Below are positions 1 through 8,277 of a stretch of 40,765 nt of DNA, in pieces. The notes beneath the pieces were generated by a model. The model saw only the letters and a program-made list of their open reading frames with translations. It was not told the DNA's origin and did not search any database. The stretch comes from a virus. Every line of letters begins with the position of its first letter. The stretch's first letter is position 1. The stretch lies in IMG/VR virus record IMGVR_UViG_3300003775_000008; one strand, written 5' to 3'. A program made the position numbers and the translations under genes.

Positions 1-101
1 GCCAAAGGGCCTCAGAAGGCCCGATTTCATTGGGGCGGCCCGATTCTTCCGACCACTTCCCGGATCTTCCCGGTCAGTTCAGGGGCATGCGTCCATTCAC
101 A
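1..101 (+). repeat. Terminal direct repeat copy 1 (identical to 40665-40765)
   Basis: Direct comparison: gccaaagggcctcagaaggcccgatttcatt...ggggcatgcgtccattcaca is present at both window ends. Identity is bounded only by the window edges. Confidence 0.95.
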
Positions 102-188
102 AATGATGTAAGCGGCCGCGTGGTTCTGAACTTTCGGACGCGTGGAGCTGAACTCGCCGTTCATGCGTCCGATTTGTAACATGCGTCC
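86..188 (+). repeat. Direct 9-mer CATGCGTCC x3 (86-94, 162-170, 180-188); a fourth copy lies at 40633-40641
   Basis: Read directly. All four copies have the same orientation. Copies 40633 and 180 extend to CATGCGTCCGCGA. Confidence 0.8.
117..154 (+). repeat. Tandem 16-mer CGCGTGGNNCTGAACT x2 (117-132, 139-154), 22-bp period
   Basis: cgcgtggttctgaact versus cgcgtggagctgaact, 14/16 identical. Confidence 0.75.
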
Positions 189-224
189 GCGACTGGAGGG
201 GTGCTCCCAGTCGGCGAGGTCCAG

Positions 225-233
225 TTATCCACA
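225..233 (+). promoter_or_regulatory. Perfect DnaA-box consensus TTATCCACA
   Basis: Exact 9-mer in the non-coding end region. A related TTGTCCACA lies at 40281-40289. Function not established. Confidence 0.3.
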
Positions 234-290
234 GTCGGCCTGAAAGGCCTGTGAGGACGCTTCAAAGGCCCTTTGCGACAACCCGGCAGA

Positions 291-1427
291 CTAGATCGGC
301 TGGGCAAAGACGGCAGACCAGTGCATATGGCTGCTCTTGTGGTGCCGCATTTCCCGTAGCTGGAAGGTGATCCGCACGCGCCCGATGCGCGCCACCTCGA
401 CCTCGGCTTCCCGCGTTTCCGGCTCGCCCTTCGCCGGCGGGGGCAGCTGACTCGATGCGGCGGACAGTTCCTCCACCGACACGCTTGCCAGTACGCCGTT
501 CGGGTGGAATGGGTCTTTCAAGTCGGGCATCCGACCGTCGCCGTATTGCACCAGCATCTTCAGCGCCGTCATGCCGTTGCGCACGCCCTTGTCCTCGTCG
601 CAGTTGTTGAAGATCATGTGAGCGTGCCGCGCCTTGTAGGCCAGCCGCACCGTCTCAGCGATGATCCCCTTGAGCTCGGCATCGGAGTACTCGTAGGAGA
701 AGCGCTCCGCCGGCGAGGACACCGCCGCGTTGTACGTCTCGGTGTTCCGGCCATGCAGGCGCACCAGCGTGTAGTTCGGATTCGTGACCTCCCAGACCGG
801 CGGCACGCTGTTGTCGAAGCCTCGCGGCCCATCGACCACCGTGTGCACGGCGTTCAGGGCGCGCAGCATGGCAAGAGTTTCCACCGTGCGCCTCGTGCCG
901 TCCCACCAACTGCTGTGCCGGAACTCGACGCTGATGGTGTCCCTCGGCAGCTTCTGTCGGATGGACTCCAGGTGCGCAACCACCCGCGGGCTCGGCACCA
1001 CCGAGGGCGGGAACTGGAAGTGGATCAGGCCCAGCTTCCCGTTCAGGCGCAGCGGCTCGAGCGACTGGTGGAACGCCTCCCACAGCGCATCCTTCACCTC
1101 GTCGGCCGTGTCGCGGTAGAGGAGCCGCTTCCGGCCGGGCAGCAGCTCTTTCACGCCACGCGGCAGCACCTGTACGTCGGTCTGGTGCCCGGTGAAGAAC
1201 CGGAAGGCCTTCACGTTGAACACGAACCCCTCGGGCGTGCGGGCCGCCCAGTTGTGCGTGTTCGTCTGCGAGGGAATGGCGTAGTAGCTACTGTCCACCT
1301 CGACCAGCGGGAAGATGCTGGCGTAGTAGCGCAGGCGCGCCTCCGGCGTCTTGCAGTCCGGAGGGTAGAAGCGGCCGCAGTCGATCAGCGTCTTCTCGGC
1401 CCAGGAAGCATGCCCCACGAGAGTCAT
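291..1427 (-). CDS. DUF72 (YecE/UPF0759-like TIM-barrel) protein with an extra C-terminal tail of about 90 aa
   Basis: N-terminus GHASW..FYPP..RLRYYASIFPLVEVDSSYY..W..TPEGFVFNVKAF fits the DUF72 signature as I remember it. It lies 32 nt downstream of the methylase on the same strand. Confidence 0.75.
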   Translation of the reverse strand: MTLVGHASWAEKTLIDCGRFYPPDCKTPEARLRYYASIFPLVEVDSSYYAIPSQTNTHNWAARTPEGFVFNVKAFRFFTGHQTDVQVLPRGVKELLPGRKRLLYRDTADEVKDALWEAFHQSLEPLRLNGKLGLIHFQFPPSVVPSPRVVAHLESIRQKLPRDTISVEFRHSSWWDGTRRTVETLAMLRALNAVHTVVDGPRGFDNSVPPVWEVTNPNYTLVRLHGRNTETYNAAVSSPAERFSYEYSDAELKGIIAETVRLAYKARHAHMIFNNCDEDKGVRNGMTALKMLVQYGDGRMPDLKDPFHPNGVLASVSVEELSAASSQLPPPAKGEPETREAEVEVARIGRVRITFQLREMRHHKSSHMHWSAVFAQPI

Positions 1428-1459
1428 GTCCCATTATGGGCAGAGAGGCGAGCACAAGG

Positions 1460-2230
1460 TCAGAAGTTCGTGATGAGCACCTCGCCGACGACCTGCGTGG
1501 CCTTGGACGCGATGCTGTAGCGCGTCTTGACAGCCTCGATTCGGAAGGCGCCGAAGGTCTCGCGCACCCCAGGGTTGTCGTTGAGGCTCAAGATGAACTT
1601 GCCCTTCACGCGGGCCAGGATGGCCGCCAGGCGCGCGAAATCCTCCCGGTCGAACACTCCCTCGCCATAGTCCTTTTCGTTGCCCCAATACGGCGGGTCG
1701 ACGTAGAACAAGGTGGCAGGCTTGTCGAAACGCTGTATGACCTGGTCGAAGGGCTTGTTCTCGATGAACACACGCGCCAAGCGCATGTGCACGTCGCTCA
1801 GTTCCTCCTCGATACGCAACAGGTTCAGCCTGGGCCCGGCCGTGGCCGCGATCCCGAAGGTCGGCTTGTGGATCTTGGCTCCGAAGCTGGTCTTGGCCAG
1901 GTAGAAGAACCGCGCCGCCCGCTGAATGTCCGTGAGCGCATCCGGAGGCATCGACAGGAAGGCGTCGAAGTCATCGCGGGCCACCAGCATCCAGCGGAAC
2001 TGCGCCACCAGCTCTGCGAGGTGGTGCTTGACGCACCGGTACAGGTTGGTCAGGTCGCGGTTGATGTCGTTGATGATCTCGACCTTGCTTTCCGGCTTTT
2101 TAAAGAGCACCCAGGCCGCGCCTGCGAACACCTCGCAGTAGGTCTGGTGAGCGGGCATCCGCTCGATGATCTGGTCTGCCAAGCGACTCTTGCCGCCTAG
2201 CCATGCCAACGGGCTTTTCTGTTGCGCCAT
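1460..2230 (-). CDS. N6-adenine DNA methyltransferase, D12/Dam class
   Basis: WLGGKSRL N-terminal motif and the FYVDPPY catalytic motif. ATG 2230 is preceded by GAGGA. The ORF-track start 2233 is a GTG one codon upstream. Confidence 0.9.
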   Translation of the reverse strand: MAQQKSPLAWLGGKSRLADQIIERMPAHQTYCEVFAGAAWVLFKKPESKVEIINDINRDLTNLYRCVKHHLAELVAQFRWMLVARDDFDAFLSMPPDALTDIQRAARFFYLAKTSFGAKIHKPTFGIAATAGPRLNLLRIEEELSDVHMRLARVFIENKPFDQVIQRFDKPATLFYVDPPYWGNEKDYGEGVFDREDFARLAAILARVKGKFILSLNDNPGVRETFGAFRIEAVKTRYSIASKATQVVGEVLITNF

Positions 2231-2408
2231 CACGTTCCTCGTGGTGTGACGCTCGCCGGCGTGCTGGTGTGGGGCTCGGGCTGCTGCGATCAGCGGCGCT
2301 GGCTCTCCAGTGGTTCATCGTCCCGCAGCGCGGGCACTTGATCTCAACAATCCCTGCGTCGACCATTGCGAGCTTTCGCGCGCAATGGCCGCATCTGACT
2401 TCCTGCAT
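2100..2408 (-). CDS. com: Com-like zinc-ribbon translational regulator
   Basis: MQEVRCGHCARKL..VEIKCPRCGT has the same CxxC...CPRC layout as Mu Com. AGGTGG lies upstream of ATG 2408. The ORF runs 131 nt into the methylase gene in another frame. Confidence 0.75.
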   Translation of the reverse strand: MQEVRCGHCARKLAMVDAGIVEIKCPRCGTMNHWRASAADRSSPSPTPARRRASHHEERDGATEKPVGMARRQESLGRPDHRADARSPDLLRGVRRRGLGAL

Positions 2409-2537
2409 TCGGCACCACCTATGATTCGCCCCGCCTAGCTAGGTGGCAGGGTCTTCGGTCGATGCCGTGCGTGTTCACGGCGGAGACGGGTGGAGCGGGT
2501 GTTCCCGCACCCAAACCACTCGCCCTGTCTTTTTTTG

Positions 2538-3113
2538 CTAGCTCGGCCAGCCCGTCGTTGTGTCGTATTCCTCCAGGCCCGGCCGATCGTTGGCGACGAG
2601 CAGCGCCTCGATCGCTTCGAGGTGCACCCGCTCATTGGAGAAGCAAAGCTCGCGCTTCACGATGAATGCCGCGTAGGCGGCCTCCAGGTCCGTCGCCGCG
2701 ATGCTGTACCAGACTGGCGGCTGGTCGAGGAGGATGTCGATCGAGGTCACTCCCAGCGCCGCGTGCTGCAGCGCGATCGGCCCGACACGCGCCAGATCAG
2801 CATCCGTGGGCCGGAAGCGCCGCCCGCCAGCAAGTTCGACGCCTTCGGTTATCAGCGAGACACGCTTGCCCGTGACCGCCCATCTTGCGTACATGGCAAC
2901 GTCCGCGAGCGGAGGCGGTGGCGCGATGCTGGTGAGGGCGCCGTCGACGACCCAGTACCCGCTCGGGGTTGCATAGGGATCGAACTCAGGGGGGAGCGGC
3001 TCTTCGAGCTCAATGCGGCCCTGCCAGCTTTCCGGCTCGGGGTAGTTCCCGGCGTCGGTGTCTTGCCACTGGATCACCTGCAGATTCGAGAGAATGTACA
3101 ACGCATATTTCAT
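2538..3113 (-). CDS. Putative tail fibre assembly/chaperone protein (position-based)
   Basis: 192 aa starting MKYALYIL. ATG 3113 lies 1 nt after the fibre stop. The longer track ORF 2538-3479 overlaps the fibre gene out of frame and is discounted. Confidence 0.5.
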   Translation of the reverse strand: MKYALYILSNLQVIQWQDTDAGNYPEPESWQGRIELEEPLPPEFDPYATPSGYWVVDGALTSIAPPPPLADVAMYARWAVTGKRVSLITEGVELAGGRRFRPTDADLARVGPIALQHAALGVTSIDILLDQPPVWYSIAATDLEAAYAAFIVKRELCFSNERVHLEAIEALLVANDRPGLEEYDTTTGWPS

Positions 3114-3114
3114 G

Positions 3115-4314
3115 TCATCGCTCCAGTGAGAAGAAGCCGGGACCGCCAGCGCCTCCGGCACCTCCGTTGGCGCCGCCGGCAGAGCTACCGTAGCCACCGC
3201 CGCCACCACCGCCACCACCGCCGTAGCTGCCACCGGGGCGCCCTTGAACACCAGTGCTACCAGCACGTCCACTGCCACCACCGCCACCAAAGGGGCCACT
3301 GGCGCCTTGCCCACCGTTGCCGACGCCGCCGTTGATCCCCCCCGCGCCGTCGTTGCCATAGGACCCCAGTGGGTCCCCGTTGGCGGGTGTGCCGCCCGCA
3401 GGGGTGCCAGATCCGGTCCATTGATTTCCGCCTGATCCGCCGCCTCCTGGCGGGCAGTTGACCACCGTCGTAGCCCCATCCATCATGGTCGTTGCTGTTC
3501 CGTTTCCGCCGGCACCACCCGGCGTAGTCGGAGTTCCGTTACTTCCTCCGGACCCTCCCACGGTTGGCACTGTGATCGTGTAGGCCTTACCGGGCACCAC
3601 AGCAGTGGGCAAGCGAAGCACTGGGGAACCAACACTGCCTCCAGCTCCACCACCGCCGACGCCCAGGGTGTTCGTCGCGCCACCACCGCCGCCACCACCA
3701 CCGCCACCACCAATCCCCGATGCCCAGACTAGGAAGCAGCCGAGCGGGCAGACCCAGACGCTATTGCTGAGCCAGCGGCTAACGCGGGCTCCCTGGTACA
3801 TCTCCACCAGCCAAGCGCTCACGCCGTTCGAGCGCAGGTGCACGATCTCGCCCGGCGAGAGTGCGAAATTCGTGGTCAGCCCAAGGTCGAAGATGTCCGC
3901 TCCCGCGCAGTTCACGGTGACGGTGTTCGCGGACGAATCGGTGCGGCGAATCGCAAGAGGCAAGCCGCGCACAGCGGATACCCCTGGCAGATTGAGAATC
4001 ACGTTGCCCGCTGCCGCGTTGATGAGCAGAAGGCCTCCGTCACCAGGCGTCAGCGTCGTCGTGCCGTTCGCGATCACGCGGGTGCCAGCACCCGCCATGC
4101 GACGAATGGCTTGGAGCATCTGTGTGAGGTCGCCGCCGGACGCGACGAGCCCGCCCGCTTCCAGCGTGTTGATGATCTCCTGCTGTACGCCGTTCGCCCA
4201 GAGATAGCTGAAGTAGGTCGCCAACACGCCCGCGCCCGGATTGCCGGGGCCGAAGCCGTGCTTGCCGACGCCGAAGAGGTCGAGAACCTTGTTGGAGGTC
4301 TGAATGAAGTCCAT
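3115..4314 (-). CDS. Tail fibre protein with glycine-rich C-terminal half
   Basis: 399 aa immediately after the gp48-like gene. WVCPLGC is followed by G11 and G10 runs and GGxGG repeats. Confidence 0.7.
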   Translation of the reverse strand: MDFIQTSNKVLDLFGVGKHGFGPGNPGAGVLATYFSYLWANGVQQEIINTLEAGGLVASGGDLTQMLQAIRRMAGAGTRVIANGTTTLTPGDGGLLLINAAAGNVILNLPGVSAVRGLPLAIRRTDSSANTVTVNCAGADIFDLGLTTNFALSPGEIVHLRSNGVSAWLVEMYQGARVSRWLSNSVWVCPLGCFLVWASGIGGGGGGGGGGGATNTLGVGGGGAGGSVGSPVLRLPTAVVPGKAYTITVPTVGGSGGSNGTPTTPGGAGGNGTATTMMDGATTVVNCPPGGGGSGGNQWTGSGTPAGGTPANGDPLGSYGNDGAGGINGGVGNGGQGASGPFGGGGGSGRAGSTGVQGRPGGSYGGGGGGGGGGYGSSAGGANGGAGGAGGPGFFSLER

Positions 4315-4321
4315 GTTCGCC

Positions 4322-4894
4322 TTAAGGTGCGTAGCCCAGCAGGGCCACGGTGTGTGCGGGCTTGTGTCGCCCGATCACGCATTCGAGCTGGGTGTTTCCC
4401 CATCGACGCAGCTGCACGTCGCAGGGGCTTTCGCATGTGGCTTCGAAGATGGCCGTCGAGATCGGGACATTCAGACGCCAGAGACCGATGAAGTCCTCTC
4501 CGTTGACCGGGCTGTCGCACGGATCCATGCACGTCATCGGGTCGAACTCGGTGATCGTGCAGCCGGGGTAGCCCAGGCTCGCCGCGAGCGCGATCATGTA
4601 CGGCCGCGAGAGGTCGCCACGGCCACGGATGCGCGCAAGCAGATTCAGTCGACGAGCGTCTGCCGGAGCGCCGGCACCGCCGATGCACGCATCCGGCAGG
4701 CTGTAGTTGCGCTCCCAGTCCCCGAGCAAGACAACAGTTCGATCGGGCTGTTGCTCCGCGAACAAAGTGTCTGCACTGTTCAGAGCTTCATCCAAGACGG
4801 CTGCCGTCGACGCCGCCTCAGCTCGCACGCCTGGCGCATTGCGCTCGTAGGCTTGCGGCGGCAGACAGGCGATCAGGGCGTCTTGGGTATTCAC
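4322..4894 (-). CDS. Mu gp48-like baseplate/tail protein (DUF2313, YmfQ-like)
   Basis: LPPQAY..LLGDWERNYSLP motif. GTG 4894 lies 3 nt after the baseplate-J stop. The track ORF extension to 5443 overlaps gene J out of frame. Confidence 0.7.
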   Translation of the reverse strand: MNTQDALIACLPPQAYERNAPGVRAEAASTAAVLDEALNSADTLFAEQQPDRTVVLLGDWERNYSLPDACIGGAGAPADARRLNLLARIRGRGDLSRPYMIALAASLGYPGCTITEFDPMTCMDPCDSPVNGEDFIGLWRLNVPISTAIFEATCESPCDVQLRRWGNTQLECVIGRHKPAHTVALLGYAP

Positions 4895-4896
4895 GG

Positions 4897-6000
4897 TTAG
4901 GTCAGCGTCTTGACGCCACAGGTGACGATTTCGAGGGCCAGGGATGTGACCGAGCTTGTCACGTTGGCTGCAGGAGAGACCAGAGTGACATCGGTCACTC
5001 CGCGAACGTTCATGAGGGCATTGATCAACGCGGCGCGCACGAGCGTCTGGCCGGGAGCCAGTGCTGCAAAGACAGCATCGATCGCCGCTGTGAGCGCTGG
5101 CAGCAGATACGTCGCGCCAGTCGATTCGGCCACGACCGGATCGAGCGTGTAGCCAGAAGCCAGCGCAAGCATGGCCGTCACTGGCGTGACGATGGGCGTG
5201 GGAGCCAGGGCCAGGACGGGGCTGCTGTTGCGCATGCCGACTGGACGCCTTACATCCAGAACCGCCTGAACCGCCGCGAGCAGCGGCGCATCCGGAAGGC
5301 CGATGGTGGGCATGGGAACCACGTCGACCGTCCCTGCACCTCGGCGGACATCGAAGACGAAGACCCGAGCCACACCCGGTACCGCGAGGGTCCAGCGCTT
5401 GTAGTCGTCGATGTTGCCGCCTTGTGCCTCTTCGCCGAGCCATAGCAACAGGCGCGATAGCAGCGAGTCGTAGCTTTCGACATCCGCTCCGCCCGTCATC
5501 GTCAGGATCGTGGCATTGCCAGTGATGCCGGCTGGCGGTGCATTAACGGTCGCGGCCGTATTGGGCGACTGATTTCCAGCGGCCCCGGCAGCGGTCGCTG
5601 CAGCAGCCAGATCGACGTAGCCGCCAGCGCCAGCGACGCCGGCCGCAGTCGCTGCGTAGTAGATCGACTGCGCTGTGAAGGCTTGCTGTCCTAAGGCCAC
5701 GGGCGAGCCTTCTGTCCCGAAGAAGCGCACGGTACCGGTGGCCACCGACGCCGCCTTGCGGTAGATATTGCGCTGGTTGGCCATCTTCTCCATCAGATCG
5801 TCGTCGGCCAGGTCGGGGAACGCCTGGCGGTAGACCCACATCTGGTGGGCGTACAGCCCCTCCACGACGGCGGCCGTGGCCGTGGCGCGCACGAAGTGGT
5901 CGCTGTCCGGGCCGATCGCAGCGTCAGGCCACTGGTTTGCGACGGCCTGCAGGTAGCGGTTGCGGATCTGGTCGAACGATGGAACGGGGTATGAAGACAT
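4897..6000 (-). CDS. Baseplate J-like protein (Mu gp47)
   Basis: 367 aa. The N-terminus SFDQIRNRYLQAV..GPDSDHFVRATA is typical of the baseplate J family. Synteny between gp46 and gp48. Confidence 0.8.
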   Translation of the reverse strand: MSSYPVPSFDQIRNRYLQAVANQWPDAAIGPDSDHFVRATATAAVVEGLYAHQMWVYRQAFPDLADDDLMEKMANQRNIYRKAASVATGTVRFFGTEGSPVALGQQAFTAQSIYYAATAAGVAGAGGYVDLAAAATAAGAAGNQSPNTAATVNAPPAGITGNATILTMTGGADVESYDSLLSRLLLWLGEEAQGGNIDDYKRWTLAVPGVARVFVFDVRRGAGTVDVVPMPTIGLPDAPLLAAVQAVLDVRRPVGMRNSSPVLALAPTPIVTPVTAMLALASGYTLDPVVAESTGATYLLPALTAAIDAVFAALAPGQTLVRAALINALMNVRGVTDVTLVSPAANVTSSVTSLALEIVTCGVKTLT

Positions 6001-6032
6001 GTTGAAAGCCTCTTCAAAGGAGCGTGAAGGGA

Positions 6033-6425
6033 TCAGGCGACGCGCACCGGAAACTGGAAGGTGTGCCGATTGCCAACCGCATCGACGATCTCGATAGAAA
6101 GCAGCAGACGCCCGCCTGCGGTCGCGTCTTTCTCGCGCACCGTGCTGATGTCGATGGTCTGGGCCCGCCCGTCATCGAGCAGCGGCTTCAAGGCCGAGTG
6201 CGAGTACTGCTGTGCCAGGCGTTCGACGCGAGCCGTGTCCTTCTCGCGCTGCAGCGTATGCAGCAGCGAACCCAGCGTGATATCGCCGAACCACTGGCCC
6301 AGTGGCGTCTCCAACCGCAGGTAGGCAGCGTTGGCAAGGCCATTCGCCGGATCGCGCACCAGGTCGCCCACGGGCGCGGCGGTGGGCTCGTAGTCGCGCG
6401 TGAGGGGGTTGATCCATGCGTCCAT
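6033..6425 (-). CDS. Mu gp46-like baseplate protein
   Basis: 130 aa. ATGA overlap with the upstream V gene. Position is between V and J. Confidence 0.65.
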   Translation of the reverse strand: MDAWINPLTRDYEPTAAPVGDLVRDPANGLANAAYLRLETPLGQWFGDITLGSLLHTLQREKDTARVERLAQQYSHSALKPLLDDGRAQTIDISTVREKDATAGGRLLLSIEIVDAVGNRHTFQFPVRVA

Positions 6426-7123
6426 CAGGGATTGGGGCCGTTCGTGACGGTGCCGGTTTCTGGGTGTTGGTGGGTGCTGCCGACGTTCTTGCCGTCATGC
6501 CGGATAGAACCGCCCGTGAGGTTGAGATTGCAGTTCTGATAGGTGAAGTTGACGTTGTTGAAGTTGACCGAACCGCCGGTCATCGTGGCCACGGCCGCGC
6601 CGATGCCGCCAGTGACGCCGCCGACGGTCAGCTGCATGGCCTGCAGCAGCTGCGTGGTTTCGACGCGAGGCGTCTCGAAGCGCGACTTGTTGGATGTCTG
6701 CACGAGAAGATCCGGGCTCACCAGCTCGATGCGCTGGGATGCCTCGACGCGAAACACCTTGGTCTCCACGAAGACCTTCTCCTGCGCCTTGACGTGGATC
6801 GAGCGGTCCTTCTTGAAGTGCGCGAAGTCGCCCCACTGGTTGTAGGCGCAGCTCTCGCCCTGGTTGTCGACCACGAAGCGATAGTCGCCGTGCTCGGTGG
6901 CCACCACGACCGAGGCGCTGGTACGGCCGCCGAGCGGCAACACGATGTACTCGGTCCCGGACGGCGGCGCGGAGGTGAAGCCGAAGTGCTGCATCAGTTC
7001 CATCTCTTCCAGGTCTTCGCCGGCCAGGCCCTCGCCGGATACGCGCTGTACCTTCGTGGAGATGGTCAGCCTGGACAACACCGCTCGCAGCCCTTGGCGC
7101 ACACCAGCCTGCATGCGGCTCAT
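6425..7123 (-). CDS. Baseplate assembly protein V / spike (Mu gp45)
   Basis: HFGFTS..LPLGG and C-terminal HxH..G motifs. The start is uncertain: ATG 7123, ATG 7114 with better GGGAG spacing, or TTG 7153. The ORF-track start 7246 lies inside gene P. Confidence 0.75.
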   Translation of the reverse strand: MSRMQAGVRQGLRAVLSRLTISTKVQRVSGEGLAGEDLEEMELMQHFGFTSAPPSGTEYIVLPLGGRTSASVVVATEHGDYRFVVDNQGESCAYNQWGDFAHFKKDRSIHVKAQEKVFVETKVFRVEASQRIELVSPDLLVQTSNKSRFETPRVETTQLLQAMQLTVGGVTGGIGAAVATMTGGSVNFNNVNFTYQNCNLNLTGGSIRHDGKNVGSTHQHPETGTVTNGPNP

Positions 7124-7149
7124 CTCCCGGCGCACGACGTCGATCGGGC

Positions 7150-8277
7150 TCAAGACGAACCTCCCGTGAGGTCGACCACCCGTCCAGGCAGCGAGTTCTT
7201 GCCACGCCGGTGCTTGCGGTTGCTCGGGTGAGCGTCGAGCAGCCATACCCCGTCTTCCTTCATCGTCAGGGTGGTCGTGGTGCCGACGCGCTTGTTCGAC
7301 GTGAAGCGGCGCCCCGTCAGGAAGTAGATGCCGTCGATTCCATGCGGCTCGCTCTTCACCGAGATCCGCTGGCCAGGCATCCAGGCCACGCCGTCCTCGG
7401 TGTAGTGGCCCAACACCGTGGCGGTGAGCGTGTAACCGCGTAGGCGAGCATCGCTGATGATCTTGCGCCCACGGGCGCGCGCCACTTCTTCGTTGATGGC
7501 TTCGTGGTCGACCACCACCTTCGGCCGGTACACGGTCATTCCGTCGTCGCGTACCTTCGCGCGCACGTTGTTGCGCCCGGAGCGCTCACCACCGCCAGTG
7601 CCGCCGGCATGCGCCTGGCCCAGTACGGTGACCTCGCTGTATCGCTCGGAGATCGAGCGACGCTCCGAGAGACGCTCCACGTTGTTGCCCTTGCCGTCGC
7701 TGTTGAGCACCAGCGTGGCCACCGGCGGCAAGTCATAGCGCGGGCGGCCGACCACGAGTGTGCCGTCCGGGTCGAACCACGGCCACAGGCCATTCGCTTC
7801 GGCCGCACGCCGCAGCGAATCCCACGCCGTATCGCCCGGCTCCAGGTTGACCTTCTCCCGCAGAATCTTGTTCTCGGCGTCGATGCGGATCCGCGTCACA
7901 CCCAGCGGCCGCACGATCTTGGCCACGACGTCTCCCAGGCTGAGCTGACGCATGGAGAGGATCGGCGTCGAGCAATCCAGCAGCACGCCGGCGCCGTCGC
8001 GGCCGCTCAGCTGCAGATCCTGGCCATTCTTGTGCACGTCCAGCTCGCGATCGTCGAGGCTTCCGCTGAGAACCGTGGTCGACGTGCCTTCGCGCACCAG
8101 GCGCACCTCGACCGCCGCACCTTCCTTGACCTCGGGCGGCAACACCATCCGCGTCTTCGAAAGGCTCATGCGATAGGCATCGGCGGGGATGAAGAGGTCG
8201 CTGTCGATGTCGTAGTGAGTCCAGCCCCGCTGGGCCTTTCCACCGATCAGTACCTCGACTTCAACGGGCGTATGCAT
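7150..8277 (-). CDS. Mu gpP / gpD-like tail-baseplate hub protein
   Basis: 375 aa in the syntenic position after the DNA circulation protein. Late-control-D-like sequence. Confidence 0.75.
   Translation of the reverse strand: MHTPVEVEVLIGGKAQRGWTHYDIDSDLFIPADAYRMSLSKTRMVLPPEVKEGAAVEVRLVREGTSTTVLSGSLDDRELDVHKNGQDLQLSGRDGAGVLLDCSTPILSMRQLSLGDVVAKIVRPLGVTRIRIDAENKILREKVNLEPGDTAWDSLRRAAEANGLWPWFDPDGTLVVGRPRYDLPPVATLVLNSDGKGNNVERLSERRSISERYSEVTVLGQAHAGGTGGGERSGRNNVRAKVRDDGMTVYRPKVVVDHEAINEEVARARGRKIISDARLRGYTLTATVLGHYTEDGVAWMPGQRISVKSEPHGIDGIYFLTGRRFTSNKRVGTTTTLTMKEDGVWLLDAHPSNRKHRRGKNSLPGRVVDLTGGSS

Noticed and set aside
504-1520. 338-aa + strand ORF
   Set aside because: It is entirely antisense to the DUF72 gene, Arg/Ala/His-rich with no motif. 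This is a typical GC-driven shadow ORF.
2409-2537. Late promoter (Pmom-like) or terminator between the fibre-assembly gene and com
   Set aside because: It contains small palindromes (CCTAGCTAGG, GCGGG-TGTT-CCCGC) and a T7 run. It has no copy of the 19-nt late dyad and no convincing -10/-35 or hairpin-plus-T-tract on the - strand.
3114-3479. N-terminal extension of track ORF 2538-3479, and the poly-Pro ORF 3605-4207 (+)
   Set aside because: Both are alternative-frame or antisense readings of the Gly-rich fibre gene, where GGN repeats read as Pro/Ala/Val runs.
3115-4314. Diversity-generating retroelement targeting the fibre
   Set aside because: No reverse transcriptase ORF and no template/variable repeat pair were found anywhere in the window.
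4895-5443. N-terminal extension of track ORF 4322-5443
   Set aside because: It overlaps baseplate J out of frame and is Arg/Gly/Cys-rich. The gp48-like homology begins at GTG 4894, right after the J stop.
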